Translations under genes and position numbers: made by a program
The notes under the pieces: model-generated
Database searches by the model: none
What the model was told of the DNA's origin: nothing
The model's input: only the letters and a program-made list of their open reading frames with translations
Shown: one piece after another, positions 35,942 to 42,221 of the stretch
Position numbering within the stretch: position 1 is the stretch's first letter
How the letters are laid out: each line of letters begins with the position of its first letter
Sequence record: NC_007637.1
From: Escherichia phage K1E
Length of the DNA stretch: 45,251 bases
Reading direction: 5' to 3' (one strand)

Positions 35942-36903
35942 TGAGTTATACTTTCACAGAACATATAGCCAACGGTACGCAAGTAACCTATCCCTTTAGC
36001 TTTGCTGGCAGGGATAAAGGCTATCTTCGTGCCTCAGATGTGATAGTGGAATCTCTTCAAGGTAACACTTGGATTGAGATTACATCTGGCTGGCAATTAA
36101 CTGGTACGCATCAAATCACTTTTGATGTAGCACCCGTTGCAGGTTTGAAGTTCCGTATTCGAAGGGAAGTACAAAAGGAATATCCATACGCTGAGTTTGA
36201 CCGTGGTGTTACCTTGGATATGAAGTCTTTAAATGGTTCTTTCATTCATATACTGGAGATTACACAGGAGTTACTTGATGGGTTTTATCCAGAAGGATAC
36301 TTCATTAAGCAGAATGTAAGCTGGGGCGGCAATAAGATTACTGACCTAGCTGATGGTGAGAATCCAAAAGATGCAGTAAATAAATCACAGCTAGATGCTA
36401 TCGACAAGAAGCATACTGATTGGAACTCTGCACAAGATATAGAGATTGCTGGTATTAAGAGAGGGATGGTGTCTGGTGTGTCGCATCGAACTATTCCTTG
36501 GTATATGGTTGCCTCCGGTGGAGAGCAAATCATTCGACCACCTTACTCATTTGATGATGCTATGGTGTTTATAAACGGTGTATTCCAGCATGAACTAGCA
36601 GGTGCAGTATCCGTGGGGTATGATGTTATAACCCTGTCCAAGCCATTACAGGCTGGGGATGAAGTTTATGTGCTTATCGGTAGTCGCTTAACCCCACCTA
36701 CAAGTGCGGATACTATCCTCTTTACACAAGCAGTGAGTGAAGGCACACAATCTATCGACATTGTAACGGCTTTCCAACGTCTTGATGTATACTTGGATGG
36801 CCTGTATCAACCTAATAATGCTTATGAAATCGTAGGGTCTACTATCACTTTCAGTGAGCCATTACCTGAGTGTGTCGTAAGTATGAAGCTACAACTAGTG
36901 TAA
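35941..36903 (+). CDS. Tail fiber N-terminal-like adaptor protein (320 aa)
   Basis: Track ORF starts at TTG 35938; ATG 35941 with GGAGG upstream; TYPFSFAGRDKGYL and LADGENPKDAVNKSQL parallel the tail-binding N-terminal domain of T7 gp17. Confidence 0.7.
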   Translation: MSYTFTEHIANGTQVTYPFSFAGRDKGYLRASDVIVESLQGNTWIEITSGWQLTGTHQITFDVAPVAGLKFRIRREVQKEYPYAEFDRGVTLDMKSLNGSFIHILEITQELLDGFYPEGYFIKQNVSWGGNKITDLADGENPKDAVNKSQLDAIDKKHTDWNSAQDIEIAGIKRGMVSGVSHRTIPWYMVASGGEQIIRPPYSFDDAMVFINGVFQHELAGAVSVGYDVITLSKPLQAGDEVYVLIGSRLTPPTSADTILFTQAVSEGTQSIDIVTAFQRLDVYLDGLYQPNNAYEIVGSTITFSEPLPECVVSMKLQLV

Positions 36904-36912
36904 GGAGGTGAG

Positions 36913-37107
36913 ATGATTAACTCCGAACTGGTAGATAGTGGTGTGAAGCTTGCGCCACCTGCATTAGTCTCAGGTGGGTACTTCCTCGGTATCAGTTGGG
37001 ATAATTGGGTGTTAATAGCAACATTCATTTATACCGTGTTGCAAATTGGAGACTGGTTTTATACCAAGATTAAACTATGGAGGAAGAACCGTGAGCGTCC
37101 ACAATAA
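36913..37107 (+). CDS. Holin (T7 gp17.5-like, 64 aa)
   Basis: AAGGAGG RBS; single transmembrane segment NWVLIATFIYTVLQIGDWFYTKIKLWRK parallels T7 gp17.5 as I remember it. Confidence 0.65.
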   Translation: MINSELVDSGVKLAPPALVSGGYFLGISWDNWVLIATFIYTVLQIGDWFYTKIKLWRKNRERPQ

Positions 37108-37390
37108 ACATGCAGCTACAGAAGATGAGGTTGGCATCCTGCATGGTGCTATTACCAAAATCTTTAATAAGAAAGCACAGGCAATACTGGACACTATAGA
37201 AGAAGACCCAGATGCAGCACTGCATTTAGTCTCTGGTAAAGACATTGGAGCTATGTGTAAGTGGGTTCTTGATAATGGTATTACCGCTACACCTGCTGCA
37301 CAGCAGGAGGAGTCCAAGCTATCTAAGCGCCTCAAGGCTATCCGAGAGGCATCAAGTGGCAAGATTATTCAATTCACTAAGGAGGATTGA
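37091..37390 (+). CDS. Putative terminase small subunit (99 aa from GTG start)
   Basis: Track ORF starts at TTG 37046 inside the holin gene; proposed start is GTG 37091 with GGAGG 7 nt upstream; position matches T7 gene 18. Confidence 0.45.
   Translation: MSVHNKHAATEDEVGILHGAITKIFNKKAQAILDTIEEDPDAALHLVSGKDIGAMCKWVLDNGITATPAAQQEESKLSKRLKAIREASSGKIIQFTKED
37182..37204 (+). promoter_or_regulatory. Weak SP6-type promoter-like sequence inside coding sequence (+1 G at 37199)
   Basis: CAATACTGGACACTATAGAAGAA; perfect core with mismatches at -17 to -15. Confidence 0.4.
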
Positions 37391-38556
37391 TGGCTAAGGC
37401 AAGAGAATCACAAGCGGAGGCTCTTGCCAGATGGGAGATGCTACAGGAGTTACAGCAGACCTTTCCTTACACAGCGGAAGGTTTGCTTCTCTTTGCAGAC
37501 ACAGTTATTCATAACTTAATTGCAGGCAACCCTCATCTGATTCGTATGCAGGCTGATATCTTGAAGTTCCTATTCTACGGACACAAGTATCGCCTCATCG
37601 AAGCGCCTCGTGGTATCGCTAAGACAACACTATCAGCAATCTATACAGTATTCCGTATCATTCATGAACCGCATAAGCGTATCATGGTTGTATCCCAAAA
37701 CGCCAAGCGAGCAGAGGAAATCGCAGGTTGGGTAGTTAAAATCTTCCGTGGCCTAGACTTTCTTGAGTTTATGCTACCGGACATCTACGCAGGGGACCGT
37801 GCCTCAGTTAAGGCATTTGAGATTCATTACACCCTACGTGGCAGTGACAAGTCGCCTTCTGTGTCTTGTTACTCAATCGAAGCAGGTATGCAGGGTGCGC
37901 GTGCAGATATCATCCTAGCAGATGACGTTGAGTCAATGCAGAATGCTCGTACAGCGGCAGGACGTGCCTTGCTTGAGGAACTGACCAAGGAGTTTGAATC
38001 TATTAACCAGTTTGGTGATATTATCTACCTTGGTACTCCTCAGAACGTAAACTCTATCTACAATAACCTACCTGCTCGTGGTTACTCTGTTCGTATCTGG
38101 ACTGCACGTTATCCCTCAGTGGAGCAGGAGCAATGCTATGGTGACTTCCTTGCACCTATGATTGTGCAGGATATGAAGGACAACCCAGCACTTCGCTCAG
38201 GGTATGGCTTGGATGGCAATAGTGGTGCCCCTTGTGCACCTGAAATGTATGATGATGATGTGCTGATTGAGAAGGAAATCTCGCAGGGTGCGGCTAAGTT
38301 CCAGCTTCAGTTCATGCTTAACACTCGCATGATGGATGCTGACCGCTATCCGCTACGCCTGAACAACCTCATCTTCACTTCATTCGGTACAGAGGAAGTC
38401 CCTGTGATGCCTACGTGGAGCAATGATTCCATCAATATTATTGGCGATGCACCGAAGTATGGCAATAAGCCTACAGACTTCATGTATCGACCTGTGGCTC
38501 GCCCGTATGAATGGGGCGCTGTCACTCGTAAGATTATGTATATTGACCCTGCTGGT
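37390..38556 (+). CDS. Terminase large subunit, exon 1 (389 codons)
   Basis: ATG 37390 with AAGGAGG upstream; Walker A-like PRGIAKTT and Walker B ADIILADDVE; similarity to T7 gp19 stops at ...IDPAG, where an insertion begins. Confidence 0.85.
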
Positions 38557-39311
38557 AAACACCTCTGCCAGCGTAAAACCCTCTTAATTCGGTGGAACTC
38601 TCACTGAGACAATACCGAGCGAAGCCTGTTGCAATAACAGGAACGTGTAGAGACTAACTGTAAGGCCAAGCGGTCTGAAACAGAGGGAGGCGCAAGCCTA
38701 AGATATAGTCCGACCTACTAGGTGACTAGTAGAAGTTAAAGTAGCGAATTAACGTAACAATTGAAGGGAGTTAAATATGACAGAGCATAAAGTTTATCAT
38801 ATTCGTGTTGTTGGTGAAACTGATGTAATGCAAGGTTATATTGGTGTAACCTCCGATATTAAGAAGCGTATGAGAGAGCACAAGTGTGCAGGCCGTCTTT
38901 GTGATGGCCGCGAGTACGTTATCTTATTCACTGGTAGCAAAGAAGAGTGTTATGCACTAGAAGAGAAGCTACGCCCACATGACAACATGGGTTGGAATAA
39001 GGGTAAAGGTGGTTATCGCAAAGCAGGTAACATCGAGAAAGGTGAACGCATAAGTATTGCCACTGAAATCAAGAAAGGACAGCACTTGTCTGTTGCCACT
39101 GAGTTCAAGAAAGGCATGACACCTTACAACAAAGGTACTGGCAAAGATTACATATTCACTTCTCCAGATGGTGAAGAGTTTCTTGTAACTTGCATTACTG
39201 ACTTCTGTAAAGAGCACAACCTAACACCTCAGAATATGCGTAAGGTGGCACGTGGTTTACGTAAACACCACAAGGGTTGGCTCGCACGTCACGTTCAAAC
39301 CGGGAGGTAAG
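38557..39311 (+). mobile_element. Group I intron (candidate, self-splicing) carrying a homing endonuclease gene
   Basis: Conserved elements in canonical order: P AATTCGGTGGAA (38586..38597), Q AATACCGAGC (38611..38620), R GTAGAGACTAACTG (38647..38660), S AAGATATAGTCC (38700..38711). P1 pairing of exon GCTGGT (38551..38556) with GCCAGC (38567..38572). The 3' boundary is uncertain: G39311 or G39302. Confidence 0.75.
38777..39310 (+). CDS. GIY-YIG homing endonuclease (I-TevI-like, 177 aa) encoded within the intron
   Basis: AAGGGAG RBS; N-terminal KVYHIRVV...GYIGVTSDIKKRMREH (GIY-YIG with conserved Arg/Glu); central repeated GERISIATEIKKG / HLSVATEFKKG units; basic C-terminal DNA-binding-like region. 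Confidence 0.8.
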   Translation: MTEHKVYHIRVVGETDVMQGYIGVTSDIKKRMREHKCAGRLCDGREYVILFTGSKEECYALEEKLRPHDNMGWNKGKGGYRKAGNIEKGERISIATEIKKGQHLSVATEFKKGMTPYNKGTGKDYIFTSPDGEEFLVTCITDFCKEHNLTPQNMRKVARGLRKHHKGWLARHVQTGR

Positions 39312-40034
39312 AATGGGGATGAAACGGGTGTGGCTATCGTCTTCCTGCACGGCACATTCATTTATGTGTATCAGTGCTTTGGTGTGCCGGGAGGATACCG
39401 CGAATCGTCCCTGAATCGCATTGTGCAGGCCGCAAAGCAGGCAGGTGTTAAAGAGGTATTCATTGAAAAGAACTTTGGTCATGGCGCGTTTGAGGCCGTT
39501 ATAAAGCCATACTTTGAACGAGAGTGGCCTGTGACTCTGGAGGAAGATTACGCCACCGGACAGAAAGAGTTGCGTATCATTGAAACACTAGAGCCACTAA
39601 TGGCGGCCCACAGGCTCATCTTCAACGCAGAGATGGTCAAGTCTGATTTTGAGTCGGTACAGCACTATCCGCTTGAGCTACGCATGTCATACAGCCTTTT
39701 CAATCAAATGTCGAACATCACGATTGAGAAGAACAGCCTACGACACGATGACCGCTTAGACGCTCTGTATGGCGCTATACGGCAATTAACTTCTCAGATA
39801 GACTATGACGAGGTTACACGGATTAATCGCCTCAGAGCGCAGGAGATGCGCGATTACATCCATGCTATGAACACACCTCACCTCCGTAGGGCAATGCTCT
39901 ATGGAGATTATGGCACTGAGCGAAGAGTAACCAACACTTCCGTGGCTATGCAGCAAAGAGTATACGGTCAGAATTACAGGAGTAAATCGGCAAGCAGAAA
40001 TACACTTTCTGCAAGGATTTCAAGGACTTATTAA
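39312..40034 (+). CDS. Terminase large subunit, exon 2 (240 codons; may instead begin at 39303)
   Basis: NGDETGVAIVFLHG...EKNFGHGAFEAV...QKELRIIETLEPLMAAHRLIFN...HDDRLDAL parallels the C-terminal nuclease domain of T7 gp19. Confidence 0.85.
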   Translation, partial: NGDETGVAIVFLHGTFIYVYQCFGVPGGYRESSLNRIVQAAKQAGVKEVFIEKNFGHGAFEAVIKPYFEREWPVTLEEDYATGQKELRIIETLEPLMAAHRLIFNAEMVKSDFESVQHYPLELRMSYSLFNQMSNITIEKNSLRHDDRLDALYGAIRQLTSQIDYDEVTRINRLRAQEMRDYIHAMNTPHLRRAMLYGDYGTERRVTNTSVAMQQRVYGQNYRSKSASRNTLSARISRTY

Positions 40035-40055
40035 TTACCGGACACTATAGAAGGA
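40033..40055 (+). promoter_or_regulatory. SP6-type phage promoter (+1 G at 40050)
   Basis: AATTACCGGACACTATAGAAGGA; followed by an AT/purine-rich leader that shares AGGTTATATAGGTATT with the 6847..6986 region. Confidence 0.75.
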
Positions 40056-40198
40056 AGGCCCAGATAATAAGAGAAATAACAAGGATAATATAGGTTAACC
40101 TAGGTTATATAGGTATTCCTTAGTATGGGTGTACTCCTGTACACCCTATTCCTTACTTCCTTACTATACTTACATAATAGGAGAGAGAGAGAGAGAGA

Positions 40199-40477
40199 AT
40201 GTCTAATAGTTATAGTACACAACCTCTTACAGGTAAGTCTGCTCGTAAGCAGATACAACCTGTTAGTGAAGCCCTTATGCTTCCTGTAGTTTACGAGGAC
40301 ACTGTTGAGAAGAAAGGTGATGTTATTAATGATGCCACCAAATCAGGTAAGCAGAAAGGGGCCATGGTGTGTCTTGATACACATGATAACCTGGTTATTG
40401 CTATCGCAGTTGATGGCAAAGAAGATTCCAATTGGTTGACAGCTAATAAAGCGGTCACTACTATTACCCCAGCTTAA
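40199..40477 (+). CDS. Hypothetical protein (92 aa), paralog of the next gene
   Basis: ATG 40199 preceded by AGGA plus a (GA)9 run; shares SGKQKGAMV and overall layout with the 40490 product. Confidence 0.55.
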   Translation: MSNSYSTQPLTGKSARKQIQPVSEALMLPVVYEDTVEKKGDVINDATKSGKQKGAMVCLDTHDNLVIAIAVDGKEDSNWLTANKAVTTITPA

Positions 40478-40489
40478 GAGGAGAGTTAC

Positions 40490-40777
40490 ATGTCTAAATA
40501 TGGAACCGCAGGTACTGTTACTGGTCAGGCTTTTCGAGTAAAAACTGTACAAACCACTGCAACGGCAATCCCTTTGCCTATTGTTGCTGAAGCAGACCTT
40601 AAGAAGAAAGATCATCCTATCAACATTAAACACCTCTCTGGTAAACAGAAAGGTGCCATGGTTGCTGTAGAGAAAACAGACCAATCCTTGTACATCGCTA
40701 TTGCACGTGGGAGTGAACCCACCGACAAGTGGGATGCAACTACTATGGAGTTGGACCCTGTAACACCTGCGGCTTAA
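40490..40777 (+). CDS. Hypothetical protein (95 aa), paralog of the previous gene
   Basis: AGGAGAG RBS; shared motifs LSGKQKGAMVAV and IAIA. Confidence 0.55.
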   Translation: MSKYGTAGTVTGQAFRVKTVQTTATAIPLPIVAEADLKKKDHPINIKHLSGKQKGAMVAVEKTDQSLYIAIARGSEPTDKWDATTMELDPVTPAA

Positions 40778-40797
40778 TTGTAAAGACGAGGTCAATA

Positions 40798-41142
40798 GTG
40801 CTTAACAAACACTTCAAGCGCCGTGAGTTCGCTTGCCGTTGTGGGTGCGGTACATCCACAGTAGATGCTGAGTTACTACAGGTAGTCACAGATGTACGTG
40901 AGCACTTTGGTGCTCCTGTAGTTATTACTTCTGGACACCGCTGTGCTAAGCACAATGCTAATGTGGGAGGTGCTAAGAACTCCATGCATCTTACTGGTAA
41001 GGCTGCTGACATTAAGGTACAAGGTATTACACCTTACCGTGTATGGTCCTATCTAACAGCACGCTACCCCAATAAATATGGCATTGGGTCTTATCCTAAT
41101 TTCACCCACATTGATGTAAGAGAGGGATGTGCACGATGGTAA
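40798..41142 (+). CDS. Endolysin, zinc peptidase M15-like (114 aa from GTG start)
   Basis: VVITSGHRCAKHNANVGGAKNSMHLTGKAADI...FTHIDV fits the M15 zinc-binding pattern. Track ORF starts at GTG 40729 inside the upstream gene; proposed start is GTG 40798 with GAGG upstream. Confidence 0.6.
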   Translation: MLNKHFKRREFACRCGCGTSTVDAELLQVVTDVREHFGAPVVITSGHRCAKHNANVGGAKNSMHLTGKAADIKVQGITPYRVWSYLTARYPNKYGIGSYPNFTHIDVREGCARW

Positions 41143-41250
41143 GATGTATTGAATGGTGCGAGCGCATGGTTGCTCAAGCTGCCGAGGATGGCAACTATGA
41201 TGACTGGAAGAACTACTCTGACTTGTTAGCTCAATGGAAAGGGAGATGCA

Positions 41251-41400
41251 ATGAAAAAGCTGTTTAAGTCTAAGAAAGTGGTAGGTGCACTGGTTGCACT
41301 AGTGATTGCTCTTGTTTCTGTAGGTCTTGGCGTAGACCTAGGTGAAGGTGCGGAAGGTTCCGTCACTGACGTGGTATGCCAAGTAATCACCTGTGAATAA
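41251..41400 (+). CDS. Hypothetical small membrane protein (49 aa); lysis-cassette component
   Basis: ATG 41251 with GGGAG upstream; basic N-terminus followed by a hydrophobic segment; found by manual translation. Confidence 0.35.
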   Translation: MKKLFKSKKVVGALVALVIALVSVGLGVDLGEGAEGSVTDVVCQVITCE

Positions 41401-41614
41401 GGTGCTAGAGGTGGTAGCAGGTCTTATTGGCCTGCTGCTTGCCGCTAAGAAGAAGAAGGAAGAGAAGGAGGCACAAAGTGAGGCGAATCATGCTAGCGAC
41501 AATCCTGCTGATTGGTTCACTGATCACTTCAGGGTGTCAGACGGCGTTACCAGAGAATCCAAAGGTGAAGCCTCTGAAGCCGACGCTTACGGCAGTCTAC
41601 GAGGTGGACGATAA
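41393..41614 (+). CDS. Putative i-spanin (Rz-like, 73 aa); start uncertain
   Basis: GTG start; N-terminal transmembrane segment VLEVVAGLIGLLLAA followed by a charged region; overlaps the o-spanin candidate in another frame. Confidence 0.35.
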   Translation: MNKVLEVVAGLIGLLLAAKKKKEEKEAQSEANHASDNPADWFTDHFRVSDGVTRESKGEASEADAYGSLRGGR

Positions 41615-41687
41615 AGTCTGCTTCAGTAAGCCTGACGCTACAAAATTAGGTCTGTACATTCTCTCGCTAGAACGCGGGTATAATTAA
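41490..41687 (+). CDS. Putative o-spanin (Rz1-like lipoprotein, 65 aa)
   Basis: Track ORF trimmed to ATG 41490; signal peptide ending ...LITSGC (lipobox-like) followed by Pro-rich PENPKVKPLKP; overlaps the i-spanin candidate. Confidence 0.5.
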   Translation: MLATILLIGSLITSGCQTALPENPKVKPLKPTLTAVYEVDDKVCFSKPDATKLGLYILSLERGYN

Positions 41688-41716
41688 TACATAGTTTTAT
41701 GTATCAGTGTCTTACG

Positions 41717-41739
41717 ATTTACTGGACACTATAGAAGAG
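41717..41739 (+). promoter_or_regulatory. SP6-type phage promoter upstream of the tailspike region (+1 G at 41734)
   Basis: ATTTACTGGACACTATAGAAGAG; perfect core. Confidence 0.8.
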
Positions 41740-41818
41740 ATAAGATAGTGCCGTTCTTTTGAGCGGCCTATTACTAGCCAATCTTCATAGGGAGGGTTGG
41801 GAAGTAATAGGAGAGTAT

Positions 41819-42154
41819 ATGGCTAAGTTAACTAAACCCAAGACAACGGGCTTACTACATAGAGATACTGTACTAGCTACCTTATTAGATAATTTACTAT
41901 CTAAAAGGCGTGTTACATTTGAAGGTGTAGTTCCAAGTGAAGATACTAAAATTGAGATAGAAGTACCTACAGCATGGGATTTAGATTCTTCGTGGGCATC
42001 ACTTGTATCATTAAGTACACCTACACTTTGTACAGCTTGGATTACTAAAGTGTCAGATACTAGATTAGAAGTACATGTGTTCCATACAGCACAAGTTGAA
42101 ATAGACATAGATGTAGATGTTTACATTCTAGGTAAACACATTGTCAGTGCGTAA
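41819..42154 (+). CDS. Hypothetical protein (111 aa) upstream of the tailspike gene
   Basis: Track ORF starts at an upstream ATG (41759); ATG 41819 has AGGAGA upstream; AT-rich composition. Confidence 0.45.
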   Translation: MAKLTKPKTTGLLHRDTVLATLLDNLLSKRRVTFEGVVPSEDTKIEIEVPTAWDLDSSWASLVSLSTPTLCTAWITKVSDTRLEVHVFHTAQVEIDIDVDVYILGKHIVSA

Positions 42155-42221
42155 GCACTGCTTTTCGCGCAACTTTTCTTAAAGGTTATCATGATGGTAG
42201 CCTTTCAGAAAAGGAGGTTAC

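Noticed and set aside
38557-39311. Intein as the explanation for the terminase interruption
   Set aside because: The two terminase segments are in different reading frames, the insert has its own RBS-led ORF with a stop codon, and group I intron P/Q/R/S elements are present; this fits an RNA intron, not an in-frame protein intein.
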